Source: Desulfotignum sp. (GTDB lineage: Bacteria > Desulfobacterota > Desulfobacteria > Desulfobacterales > Desulfobacteraceae). Taken from it: 64,000 nucleotides of DNA. The translations under genes were made by a program, and so were the position numbers. Each line of letters opens with the position of its first letter. Within the stretch, counting starts at the first letter, position 1. Positions 19,403 through 28,996 of the stretch are shown here, piece by piece. The DNA lies in contig JAABSB010000001.1 in NCBI GenBank assembly GCA_011390615.1, positions 8,636 to 72,635 on the forward strand. Reading direction: 5' to 3'. The notes below the pieces were generated by a model. That model was not told where the DNA came from. It saw nothing but the letters and a program-made list of their open reading frames with translations, and ran no database searches.

Positions 19403-21367
19403 ATGAACATACCCGGCCGGAGCAAAGGATGCATGGGAAGCATCATGGTTGTGGACCTGTCTGCACGAACCATTGAGATACAACCGGTATCCGCAAAGGT
19501 GTACCGCACATTTTTATCAGGCATGGGCCTGGCCGCCCATGTCCTGTACCACCGGATTCCACAGGATGCCGATCCTCTGGGGCCTGACAACATGTTGGGA
19601 TTTGTCTCCGGTTTGCTCACCGGCACCGGCTCCCTTTTCACCGGCCGGTGGATGGTCACCGGCAAATCTCCTTTGACCGGCGGGTGGGGCGAGGCCAACT
19701 GCGGGGGGCATTTTTCTCCTGCCATCAAGCGCTGCGGTGTGGACGGCATCTTTTTTACCGGCACAAGCCCAAAACCGGTGTATCTGTATGTGGATGACAA
19801 CACAGCGCAACTGCGGGACGCGGACAGCATCTGGGGAATGGATACCGTGGAAACCGAAACCTTGCTTACGGCCCGGCACCCCGGTGCCAGGGTGGCCTGT
19901 ATCGGACCGGCAGGCGAACGCCTGTCCCTGATGGCCGGGGTTTCCACGGACAAGGGACGTATGGCTGCCAGGTCCGGCCTGGGGGCTGTCATGGGAGCCA
20001 AATGCCTGAAAGCGGTTGTCCTGGCAGGCAGCAAGCGCATCCCTGTCCACAACAAAGAGGCCATGAAACACATTTCCCGGATCTGCAACAAATGGGTACA
20101 GTTTCAGCCGCCTTTTCTGCCGGGATTTCTCACAGCGCCGGTTGGGGCATTGCTGCGGATCATGCCCTGGGCGTTCACCCAGGACGGGCTGTTGTATAAG
20201 GTACTTCTCAGAAAATGGGGCACGGTGTCCATGAACCAGATTTCCGTAGAAATGGGGGATGCTCCTGTCCAGAACTGGAAAGGCAGCAACAGCAACTGGG
20301 GATTTTTTAAAAACCTGTCCGCCAACCCGGATCTGTTTACCAGAAAAGAGATCCGAAAGTATCACTGCTACTCCTGTCCTCTGGGATGCGGGGGCATCTG
20401 CCGGACAAAAGGCAGACATCCCCGCACCCACAAGCCGGAATATGAAACCGTGCTTTCCTTTGGGGGGTTTGTGCTGAACCGGGATCTGGACACCATTTTT
20501 GACATCAACGAGACCCTGAACCGGGCCGGCATGGACACCATTTCCGCCGGCCATGCAGTGGCCTTTGCCCTGGAGTGCTTTGAAAAAAAGATCATCACCC
20601 TGCAGGACACCGCAGGCATGGCCCTGGAATGGGGCAATCCCGAAGCCATATCCTGGCTGGTGGACCAGATCATCGCCCGGCAGGGCATCGGCCACATCCT
20701 GGCGGACGGGGTGGCAAAGGCTGCCGGCCGCCTGGGCAAAGGAGCGCAAAGATTCGCCTTTCATGCCGGGGGCCAGGAACTGGCCATGCATGATGGCCGC
20801 AATGATCCGGGATTTGCCCTGCACTACAGTGTGGAGCCTGCACCGGGACGGCACACCAACGGGGCCTGGCTCTATTATGAGATGTACCGGCTGTGGAAAA
20901 AAGTCACTGATGCCCCTAAGATACCCCTGGTGTATGCCAAGGCCCGTAAATATGAAACCGGACCGGACAAGGCTGCCATGGGCAGTGCCAACTCCCGGTT
21001 TCTGAATGTCCTGAACGGGTCCGGGGTCTGCCTGTTCGGTGCATTCCTGGGCATTGACCGGATCAGGATATTTGACTGGCTCAATGCCGCCACCGGCTGG
21101 CACATGACCCCGGAAGACTACATGGCGGCCGGCACCCGGATCCAGACCCTGAAACAGGCATTTAACCTCAAACACGGCATTGTCCCCAAAGATTTCGCCC
21201 TGAAAGGCCGGCCCGTGGGACATCCGCCCTTGGCCCACGGTGCCAACAAGGGCCGCAGCATTGACATAGACACCCTGATGGCCGATTACTGGGAGACGTT
21301 CGGCTGGGACAGAAAAACCGGCAGACCCACTGACCCCCAGATTGCTGAAGTCACAGATATTTCTTGA
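19403..21367 (+). CDS. aldehyde:ferredoxin oxidoreductase family (W/Mo-pterin)
   Basis: KSPLTGGWGEANCGG, IGPAGE, AARSGLGAVMG.K.LKA, CYSCPLGC, PEYET, GMDTIS. Confidence 0.94.
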   Translation: MNIPGRSKGCMGSIMVVDLSARTIEIQPVSAKVYRTFLSGMGLAAHVLYHRIPQDADPLGPDNMLGFVSGLLTGTGSLFTGRWMVTGKSPLTGGWGEANCGGHFSPAIKRCGVDGIFFTGTSPKPVYLYVDDNTAQLRDADSIWGMDTVETETLLTARHPGARVACIGPAGERLSLMAGVSTDKGRMAARSGLGAVMGAKCLKAVVLAGSKRIPVHNKEAMKHISRICNKWVQFQPPFLPGFLTAPVGALLRIMPWAFTQDGLLYKVLLRKWGTVSMNQISVEMGDAPVQNWKGSNSNWGFFKNLSANPDLFTRKEIRKYHCYSCPLGCGGICRTKGRHPRTHKPEYETVLSFGGFVLNRDLDTIFDINETLNRAGMDTISAGHAVAFALECFEKKIITLQDTAGMALEWGNPEAISWLVDQIIARQGIGHILADGVAKAAGRLGKGAQRFAFHAGGQELAMHDGRNDPGFALHYSVEPAPGRHTNGAWLYYEMYRLWKKVTDAPKIPLVYAKARKYETGPDKAAMGSANSRFLNVLNGSGVCLFGAFLGIDRIRIFDWLNAATGWHMTPEDYMAAGTRIQTLKQAFNLKHGIVPKDFALKGRPVGHPPLAHGANKGRSIDIDTLMADYWETFGWDRKTGRPTDPQIAEVTDIS

Positions 21368-21515
21368 CATCCGCTCCGGACTAAAGGCCGAAGATTTCTG
21401 ATGAGCCGCATAACAAAAGCAAATATTGGTCAGTTAATTTTTTAATGTGTGCCTTATACCCCCGACCTGAAGAAAAGGGGCTTAAGGTGCTTTGGATAAC
21501 CCGGGAGAAATTAGG

Positions 21516-21935
21516 ATGGCATTTTTCATTACCAGCGACTGCACCGGATGCACGGCCTGTAAAAGCATCTGCCCCACCAGTGCCATATCCGGAGAAAAAA
21601 AACAGCAGCATGCTGTTTCCGATGCAGCCTGTATCGACTGCGGGGCCTGCGGGCGCATCTGTCCGGCAGGCGCTGTGGCCAATCCCTTTGGCAGAATTGT
21701 TTCAAAAATACCAAAAAAAAACTGGGTCCGCCCGTTTTTCAACCTGGATCTGTGCATGGCCTGCAATATCTGTGTGGAGGCCTGCCCTGCCAATGCCCTG
21801 GACACTGCACTGCAAAAAATCAGGGATCTGCATCCCTATCCTTTTCTGGTCCGGGAATCCCAATGCATGGGATGCGGATTTTGTGCCCAGGCATGTCCTG
21901 TGGATGCAGTCACCCTGGAAAAAAGCGCCGGGTAA
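21516..21935 (+). CDS. polyferredoxin (four CxxCxxCxxxCP motifs)
   Basis: CTGCTACKSICP, CIDCGACGRICP, CMACNICVEACP, CMGCGFCAQACP. Confidence 0.92.
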   Translation: MAFFITSDCTGCTACKSICPTSAISGEKKQQHAVSDAACIDCGACGRICPAGAVANPFGRIVSKIPKKNWVRPFFNLDLCMACNICVEACPANALDTALQKIRDLHPYPFLVRESQCMGCGFCAQACPVDAVTLEKSAG

Positions 21936-21962
21936 ATCCCATGCAGCTGCTGCAGGCGGCAA

Positions 21963-21991
21963 TTGACTTATTAAACAGTGTTCGCTATACA
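21963..21991 (+). promoter_or_regulatory. putative sigma70 promoter of the dehydratase-family operon
   Basis: TTGACT-17 nt-TATACA. Confidence 0.55.
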
Positions 21992-22082
21992 ACAGTCTTG
22001 ATATGCGGTTATTTTTTTTTACAGCATCTTTGTGCAAACCAGGCACCGGCACCACTGCCTGTTCCTGGACAGGGATGCACCC

Positions 22083-23222
22083 ATGAAAGAGCTTGCACCC
22101 ATGAAAGAACTGATGCCGTTTTACCAGGCTGTTGATAATCCGGCCGCCCTGGGCCGCAGTATCACCCATAAAAAAGTCATAGGCACCCTGTGTTCCTATG
22201 CACCGGAAGAACTGATATATGCAGCCGGCTTTCATCCCATGCGCCTGTTTGCATCCAAAAAAGAGATCCATCTGGCACACAACCACTTGCAGACCTATTG
22301 CTGCTCTGTGGTTCGGGGGGTGCTGGAAGACAGCCTGTCCGGACACCTGGATTTTCTGCATGGGGCGGTTTTTCCCCATACCTGTGATTCCATGCAGCGG
22401 CTGTCCGACATATGGCGCCTCAAGGGACGGTACCCGTTTTTTGCAGATGTAATCCTGCCGGCCAAAATGAACACCCCCAGCGCAAACGCCTATATGGCAG
22501 CGGTGCTTACAAGATTTAAAACCGACCTGGAGGCTGACGCCGGCATCACCATCACACAACAGGCCCTGGCAGATGCCGTCCATTTGTACAACCGGATACG
22601 CAGCACCCTTTCTTCCATTTACGCGCATAAAAGCAAATACCCGGCCAGTTTGACAAACAGGGATATCCATGCCCTTGTGAAGGGCTCCATGCTCATGGAC
22701 CGGCAGCAGGCTGCCGATCTGCTGGACAAGGTGGTCCGCCGGCTGGCATCTGCAGATCCAGCGGCTGATCATGCCAGGACTTGGGGAACCAAACGCCTTA
22801 TTCTGTCAGGATCTGTGTGTGACATGCCAGCACTTTATGATCTTTTTCAGGATACCGGCGCTGCAGTGGTGGGGGATGATCTGTGCACCGGCAGCCGCTG
22901 GTTCGAAGGCCTGACAGATGAGGATGATGAGCCTATTGCTGCCATCACCCGGCGCTATGCCAGGCGCATGGTATGTCCGGCCAAACACCAGGGCCTTCAC
23001 ACCAGGGCAGCGCACCTGGTTGAAAAGGCCCAAAGCCTTAAGGCGGACGGGGTGGTGTTTGTACTGCTCAAATTCTGCGATCCCCACGCCTTTGACTATC
23101 CGTATATCAAAGCCTTTCTGGATGACGCCGGCATCAGATCTCTGGTCCTGGAACTCGATGACAGCCAGGACAGCTTAGGCCAGCTGGCCACCCGCATTGA
23201 AACCTTTATCCACATGATATAA
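22083..23222 (+). CDS. 2-hydroxyacyl-CoA dehydratase / benzoyl-CoA reductase family subunit (HgdB/BcrC-like)
   Basis: CSYAPEELIYAAG, HTCDS, DDLCTGSR, LKFCDP, TRIETF. Start is 22083 or 22101 because of an 18-bp duplication. Confidence 0.9.
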   Translation: MKELAPMKELMPFYQAVDNPAALGRSITHKKVIGTLCSYAPEELIYAAGFHPMRLFASKKEIHLAHNHLQTYCCSVVRGVLEDSLSGHLDFLHGAVFPHTCDSMQRLSDIWRLKGRYPFFADVILPAKMNTPSANAYMAAVLTRFKTDLEADAGITITQQALADAVHLYNRIRSTLSSIYAHKSKYPASLTNRDIHALVKGSMLMDRQQAADLLDKVVRRLASADPAADHARTWGTKRLILSGSVCDMPALYDLFQDTGAAVVGDDLCTGSRWFEGLTDEDDEPIAAITRRYARRMVCPAKHQGLHTRAAHLVEKAQSLKADGVVFVLLKFCDPHAFDYPYIKAFLDDAGIRSLVLELDDSQDSLGQLATRIETFIHMI

Positions 23223-23239
23223 CCCAAAAGAGACCCCCC

Positions 23240-24490
23240 ATGACCCGGACCATTGACAAGGAAAACACAAAAATTGCAGCCGCAAAAAAAATGCGGGACA
23301 TCATGACCACCTATTACCTGGATGCATTGTCCGCCTCTGAGAACAACAGACAGGTGGCTTGGATCACCTCCGGGGGGCCTGTGGAACCTCTGGTGGCCAT
23401 GGACATCATACCGGTTTATCCGGAAAACCACGGGGCCATGATCGGTTCGGCCAAAATGGGAGAAGACCTGTGCAGCAAGGCGGAAGAGATGGGATATTCT
23501 ACAGACCTGTGCGCCTATGCCAGGGCCGATATCGGCTGTTCCGTGGCAAAGGGCGGCCCCATAGGCGGTCTGCCAAAGCCTGACATGCTCATCTGCTGCA
23601 ACAATATCTGCGGCACGGTTCTCAAGTGGTACGAGGTCCAGGCCCGGTATTATGGTGTGCCTTTGTTTATTTTGGATACCCCGGTGTGCCACACTGGCTT
23701 TTTTCCGGAAACAGCCGCCTATGTCAAGGCCCAGATAACAGAATATATTGGATTTCTTGAAACAGCCACCAGACGAAAAATGGATATGGACCGCATGAAC
23801 CAGGTGGGGCACCTGTCTTTAGAAGGGCAGAAACTCTGGCAGCAGGTACTCAGGACCACGGCCCACAAGCCATCTCCCATGAGTGCCTTTGACGCGTTCT
23901 TTTTTCTGGCCCTGATTGTCACCCTGCGGGGCACCACCACAGCTGTGGATTTTTACAGGGAATTGATAGCGGAAATGAATGACAGAATCGCCAAAGGCAT
24001 CTCGGTTGTGCCGGATGAGCAGTACCGCCTGCTCTGGGACAACCTGCCGGTGTGGCACCGGCTCAAATGGCTGTCGAAAAAATTTTCAAACCACAGGGCC
24101 TGCCTTGTGGCTGACACCTATACCTCGGCCTGGTGCGGGGCAATCCAGTATATCGACCCGGACAATTTTCTGGATTCCATTGCCCAGGCCTATACCCGTA
24201 TCTACCTGAACATCGGCATCGACCAGATGGCAGACCAGGTCCTGGACATGATCCAATTCTATGATGTAAACGGACTGGTCATGCACTCCAACCGGTCCTG
24301 CAAGCCCTATTCCTTCGGCCAGATGGACATCATGCGCATTGTTCAAAAAAAAGCCGGCATTCCTGTTCTCATGCTGGAGGCGGACATGGTGGATCCCAGA
24401 AGCTTTTCCGAATCCCAGATGGAAACCCGCATTGATGCATTCATGGAAATCATCCTTCAAAGAGGAGCTACCGGAAGGGGTGGCCAATGA
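23240..24490 (+). CDS. 2-hydroxyacyl-CoA dehydratase / benzoyl-CoA reductase family subunit (HgdA/BcrB-like)
   Basis: YPENH, DLCAYAR, PKPD...NNIC, HSNRSCK, D.VDPR, TRIDAF. Confidence 0.9.
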   Translation: MTRTIDKENTKIAAAKKMRDIMTTYYLDALSASENNRQVAWITSGGPVEPLVAMDIIPVYPENHGAMIGSAKMGEDLCSKAEEMGYSTDLCAYARADIGCSVAKGGPIGGLPKPDMLICCNNICGTVLKWYEVQARYYGVPLFILDTPVCHTGFFPETAAYVKAQITEYIGFLETATRRKMDMDRMNQVGHLSLEGQKLWQQVLRTTAHKPSPMSAFDAFFFLALIVTLRGTTTAVDFYRELIAEMNDRIAKGISVVPDEQYRLLWDNLPVWHRLKWLSKKFSNHRACLVADTYTSAWCGAIQYIDPDNFLDSIAQAYTRIYLNIGIDQMADQVLDMIQFYDVNGLVMHSNRSCKPYSFGQMDIMRIVQKKAGIPVLMLEADMVDPRSFSESQMETRIDAFMEIILQRGATGRGGQ

Positions 24491-25254
24491 TATATGCAGG
24501 CATTGATATCGGCTCCATAACTGCCAAGGCCGCACTTATAGAAGACAACCGGCTGCTGGCCACCCACACGGTGTTCACAGGCTACAATCCGGCAGCTGCC
24601 GGAAGGCAGGTGTTTGATGAACTGCTCATGCAGACCGGCATATCAGCCGGTGCTGTAAAAAAGGTGGTGGCCACAGGATACGGCAGGGCATCTGTGGAAT
24701 TTGCACACAAAACATTGACGGAAATCATCTGCCACGGTGCAGGTGCCCATTTTCTGAACACTGGTGTCCGGGGTGTCATTGATGTGGGTGGCCAGGACAG
24801 CAAGGCTATTTTACTGGATGCACAGGGACATGTGGAAAATTTTGCCATGAATGACAAATGTGCTGCCGGTACGGGCCGGTTCCTGGAGGTGATGGCCCAG
24901 GCCCTGCAGATTCCCCTGGACCAGATGGGAGAGATAAGCCTTGGGGCAGAAAATCCGGTGAAAATTTCCTCCATCTGTACTGTATTCGCAGAATCAGAGG
25001 TTATTTCCATGATCGCCCGCCAGAAAGACCGCCGGGATATTGCCGCAGGCATCCACAGATCTGCAGCCTTGCGTGTGGCATCCCTGGCCGGCAAGATACA
25101 CCTCGCACCACCTGTTGTCATGACCGGCGGGGTGGCAAAAAACAAGGGAATGTTACAGGCCCTGGAAGATTATCTGGGGTACGGTATAAAGGTGGGGGCT
25201 GTGCCCCAGGAAAACGGGGCTGTGGGGGCTGCGGTTCTGGCAGCCGGCACCTGA
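24487..25254 (+). CDS. ATP-dependent acyl-CoA dehydratase activase (HgdC/BcrA-like, ASKHA)
   Basis: GIDIGSITAK, ATGYGR, EIICH, DVGGQDSK, MNDKCAAGTGRFLE, CTVFAESE, TGGVA. Confidence 0.94.
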   Translation: MIYAGIDIGSITAKAALIEDNRLLATHTVFTGYNPAAAGRQVFDELLMQTGISAGAVKKVVATGYGRASVEFAHKTLTEIICHGAGAHFLNTGVRGVIDVGGQDSKAILLDAQGHVENFAMNDKCAAGTGRFLEVMAQALQIPLDQMGEISLGAENPVKISSICTVFAESEVISMIARQKDRRDIAAGIHRSAALRVASLAGKIHLAPPVVMTGGVAKNKGMLQALEDYLGYGIKVGAVPQENGAVGAAVLAAGT

Positions 25255-25306
25255 ATGGGAGCAGGCTTAAAGAAACCTATGCAAACCGTTTTCTCAGGAA
25301 AGATAT

Positions 25307-26086
25307 ATGGAAATCACATGGCTGGGCACAGCCGGTTTTGACATCAGCACCAAAGACAGCAGGTTTTTGATTGATCCCTATGTCAGCCGCAACCTTGAAG
25401 CCGAGCCGGTGCAGCCCAAAAAACCTGCTGACCTGGCCGGGGCAGACAAGATTTTTATCTCCCACGGCCATTTTGATCACCTCATGGATCTGCCTGAGAT
25501 CCTGGCGCAGGACCCTGAAAATCCCGCCCGGGTATTTTGTTCTGCAACAGCTGCAAAAACCCTGGAGAAAATGGGGGTTTTTCCGGCCCGAATCTACAGG
25601 GTAACCCGGGACAACACGGCTGTCCGGTTCGGCCAGGTGGGAGCCCGGGCCTGCTTTGGCCGCCATATCCGGTTTGATCTCTCTCTGGTGGCCGCCACCC
25701 TGGCCAGAGTGCATACGCGCTTTTTCCATATACTGCCGCTGTTTACCGGATATCCCTGCGGCCAGGTACTGAGCTGGCGGTTTTCCGTGGAAGGCAGGAC
25801 CATACAGCACCTGGGCAGTGCCGGGGGCCCACCCGGAGGAGTTGAGAATTTAAATCCTGCAGATGTTCTGATGCTGCCCCTGCAGGGACATTCAAACATC
25901 TGCAGGATTGCCGCAGACCTGGTGGTACGCCTGACACCCCGATCCGTCATCGTCCACCACCACGACAATTTTTACCCCCCGGTTTCCCGGACCGTGGATA
26001 TCGCGCCGTTTGTGGAACAGGTGAACCGGCAGTGTCCTGATACCCGCATCATTGTTCCCCGGATAAACATTCCCATTACTTTGTGA
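25307..26086 (+). CDS. MBL-fold metallo-hydrolase
   Basis: ITWLGTAGF, LIDPY, SHGHFDH. Confidence 0.88.
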   Translation: MEITWLGTAGFDISTKDSRFLIDPYVSRNLEAEPVQPKKPADLAGADKIFISHGHFDHLMDLPEILAQDPENPARVFCSATAAKTLEKMGVFPARIYRVTRDNTAVRFGQVGARACFGRHIRFDLSLVAATLARVHTRFFHILPLFTGYPCGQVLSWRFSVEGRTIQHLGSAGGPPGGVENLNPADVLMLPLQGHSNICRIAADLVVRLTPRSVIVHHHDNFYPPVSRTVDIAPFVEQVNRQCPDTRIIVPRINIPITL

Positions 26087-26179
26087 TTGCGCAATTCAGC
26101 ATGAAAAAGAGATTTCAATTCAGAAGGTTCTGTTGTAAACTGTTTCTTTTTGTATAACGGCTGCATAAACTGTGGACAC

Positions 26180-28378
26180 ATGGCTTTCAACGGAAATTTG
26201 GCATACGGCATATTCTCCCTGATATCAGGGATGATCAGCATAGGTCTTGCTGTTTACCTGGCTCCATTCTGGCGCAGGTTCGGGGCGCGGCAGCTCATGC
26301 TGCTGACAGCTGCCAGTGCCGTGTGGAGCATGACCTATGCCATGGAGCTGTTAAGTCCTGATTTTATGGTCAAACTGTTCTGGGTCAGGCTGGAATATAC
26401 AGGCAGTGCCTGGATCGGCATGCTGGTATTCACATTCATCCTGTCCATAACCGGCAGAACCGGAAACCTGACCCGCGCCGCCCTGCTGCTGCTCTGCCTG
26501 GTGCCGGCGTTTACGCTGATGCTGGTATTCACCAATGACCTGCACGGTCTCATGTGGCAGCATGCCTGGACAGAAAACATTTCCGGCATGGAGGCGCTTT
26601 TCTACCACAGGGGATTTGGGTTCTGGATCTTTCTTGTTTTTTCCTACGTCCTTCTTTTCTGGGCCACCCTGATTCTGATACATGCTATTTTTGTTACTGA
26701 CCGGGACCATTTCCGCAGACAATTGAAAATCATTCTGCTGGGCATCATGGTCCCCTGGGTCTGCAATATCGTGTATATTTTTAAGTTTCCGTTTTTGCAG
26801 GGCATCGATCTGACCCCTTTTGCCTTTATGGTCACAGGACTGATCTTTGTCTGGGCACTGATCCGCTACCAGCTGCTGCACCTTATTCCCCTGGCCCGGG
26901 AAGCTGTCATGGACAGCATGGGTGATCCGGTGGTGGTGCTTGACACGGCAGACCGGGTAGTGGAAGTGAACCAGGCCTGCACCAGGCTGTTTGGCATCAA
27001 AAATTTTATACCCGGGATGCATGATGCCGAAGAAATGTTTCCCGATCTTTTCAGTCTTGTGGAACAGCACCGGGTCAGTGCCCCTGCCGCTTTTGAAGCC
27101 ACTTTTGCGGCAAAAGGTGTTTTGTATCACTGGCACCTTTCCATCTCAGCACTTACAGGTACACACCAGGACCAGAAAGGCTGGCTGGTTGTTTTCCGGG
27201 ACATCACGGAACAAAAACAGACCGAAACCGCCCTGCGCCATGCACGGGACTATGTTAAAGGGATCATCAATTCCATGCCCTCCATCCTCATCGGCGTGGA
27301 TGAAAAAGGGGTGGTAACCCAGTGGAACCTGGAAGCGGAAAAAATGACCGGTATATCTGCTGACCAGGCCCGGAAACGATTTCTCTCGGCAGTCTTCCCC
27401 CATGGTGCTGAAATTGTTCCCAATATTGTAACTGCCATAGAGACCCGAAAGGTCCAGAAAAAAGAAAAAACCACATTGGTTCTGAACAGCCGGCCCTGTG
27501 TCACCGACATTACCATCTATCCCATCCTGTCAAAAAGTCCGCCAGGAGCGGTTATCCGGGTTGATGACATCAGTGAGCGGGCCAAAATGGAAGAAATGAT
27601 GGTTCATTCGGAAAAAATGATCTCCGTGGGCGGTCTGGCGGCAGGCATGGCCCATGAAATCAACAATCCTCTGGCCGGTATGCTCCAGATAATCCAGGTG
27701 ATCCAGAACCGGCTGTCCAGGCCCCTGCCTGCCAACCTTGAAACAGCTGGAAAGCATGGCCTTGATCTGAATAAAATTGCTGCCTACATGGCAGACCGGC
27801 AGATTTTTGATCTCATGGACCAGGCCATTGCCGTGGGAAAGCGGGCTGCAGCCATTGTGCAGAACATGCTGTCTTTCAGCCGGAAGAGCGACAGCCGGCG
27901 GTCCAGCCATCTGCTCTCGGAAATGATGGATGCCACCCTGGATCTTGTAAAAAACGATTTCAACCTGAAAAAACAGTATGACATTCTGGCTGTTGATATT
28001 GTTACGAAAAAGGATGCAGAACTGCCGCCGGTACCCTGTGAAAAGACAAAAATTCAGCAGGTGTTTTTCAACATCCTGAAAAACGGAGTAGAGGCTATGA
28101 CCGATGCCCGGACCCCCCAGCCCAGGTTTGAAATTCGCTACTTTCTGGAAAACAACATGGCAGGGGTGGAGATCCGTGACAATGGTCCGGGCATCTCCAA
28201 AGATGTCAGGAAACGGATATTTGAGCCATTTTTTACCACCAAGGAGGTGGGCATCGGCACAGGGCTCGGTCTGTCTGTCTCATATTTCATCATCACGGAA
28301 AACCATGGCGGCGAACTGGGTGTAACCTCCACACCAGGCAGCGGCACAGCCTTTTTTGTCAAACTGCCCCTGTCCTGA
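26180..28378 (+). CDS. sensor histidine kinase (7TM N-terminus, two PAS domains, HisKA, HATPase)
   Basis: 7TM ending in DLTP, AHEINNPL, QVFFNILKN, DNGPG, FEPFFTTK, GTGLGL. Confidence 0.93.
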   Translation: MAFNGNLAYGIFSLISGMISIGLAVYLAPFWRRFGARQLMLLTAASAVWSMTYAMELLSPDFMVKLFWVRLEYTGSAWIGMLVFTFILSITGRTGNLTRAALLLLCLVPAFTLMLVFTNDLHGLMWQHAWTENISGMEALFYHRGFGFWIFLVFSYVLLFWATLILIHAIFVTDRDHFRRQLKIILLGIMVPWVCNIVYIFKFPFLQGIDLTPFAFMVTGLIFVWALIRYQLLHLIPLAREAVMDSMGDPVVVLDTADRVVEVNQACTRLFGIKNFIPGMHDAEEMFPDLFSLVEQHRVSAPAAFEATFAAKGVLYHWHLSISALTGTHQDQKGWLVVFRDITEQKQTETALRHARDYVKGIINSMPSILIGVDEKGVVTQWNLEAEKMTGISADQARKRFLSAVFPHGAEIVPNIVTAIETRKVQKKEKTTLVLNSRPCVTDITIYPILSKSPPGAVIRVDDISERAKMEEMMVHSEKMISVGGLAAGMAHEINNPLAGMLQIIQVIQNRLSRPLPANLETAGKHGLDLNKIAAYMADRQIFDLMDQAIAVGKRAAAIVQNMLSFSRKSDSRRSSHLLSEMMDATLDLVKNDFNLKKQYDILAVDIVTKKDAELPPVPCEKTKIQQVFFNILKNGVEAMTDARTPQPRFEIRYFLENNMAGVEIRDNGPGISKDVRKRIFEPFFTTKEVGIGTGLGLSVSYFIITENHGGELGVTSTPGSGTAFFVKLPLS

Positions 28379-28420
28379 CAGCCCGGACTGTTTTTACCAC
28401 ATCTACAGCCCCGGACAGAG

Positions 28421-28879
28421 TTACCACACCTCAGGATAGGCCACATCCACAAATTTTTCCTCCATCATGTGCTTGTGGCCCCTTTCCATGGCTGCCAGGT
28501 CCATGAAAATGGATTTCAACCCGGGATCAGTGCAGTTTTCAGCCAGGCCCGTGTATTTTTTCATGGCGATCTCCTCGTTTTTCATGGCCAGGCCGATGGC
28601 ATTCTTGAGGTCCATATCTGCAGTGACTTCCGGCATCTCAATGGTTTCCGACACATGGAAATCCTTGTCACAGTCAAAATACCCGGCATCCACTTTTTTC
28701 TGGTTCAATATATCGGTAAGGATCTGTTCATGTCTGGCTTCTTCTTTGGCAAATCCTGCAAATACACCCTTGAGGTAGTCATCTTTAATCCGCTGGGAAA
28801 CCTGTTCGTAAAATTTTTTTGCATCAATCTCACTCTGGATGGCATCGGAAATTGCTGCGCGGTATGCATCTAAGTCCAT
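28421..28879 (-). CDS. rubrerythrin/ferritin-like di-iron protein
   Basis: AI..E..A..FY, EEARH, AM..EE, MERGH repeated helix pairs. Confidence 0.88.
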   Translation of the reverse strand: MDLDAYRAAISDAIQSEIDAKKFYEQVSQRIKDDYLKGVFAGFAKEEARHEQILTDILNQKKVDAGYFDCDKDFHVSETIEMPEVTADMDLKNAIGLAMKNEEIAMKKYTGLAENCTDPGLKSIFMDLAAMERGHKHMMEEKFVDVAYPEVW

Positions 28880-28996
28880 AAAAATCCTCCCTGGTCTTTT
28901 CCGGTTATTTTTTATAGTGATACGCTTGCTTCAAAACTCACCACCAACAGTCTGTATGAATAAAAAACAGGTTCATCTGGTATACACATGCCAAAA

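Noticed and set aside
19517-21370. 617-aa antisense ORF opposite AOR, and similar long shadow ORFs (e.g. 917-1810, 30930-31970, 44327-45346)
   Set aside because: They fully overlap well-supported genes on the other strand and show no motifs, as expected from codon bias.
22076-22111. 18-bp tandem duplication (TGCACCCATGAAAGAGCT / TGCACCCATGAAAGAACT) at a gene start
   Set aside because: Two in-frame copies only, which just makes the start ambiguous. Not an array.
22083-25254. Firm call as class I benzoyl-CoA reductase
   Set aside because: Only one ATPase subunit and no dch/had/oah ring-cleavage genes nearby.
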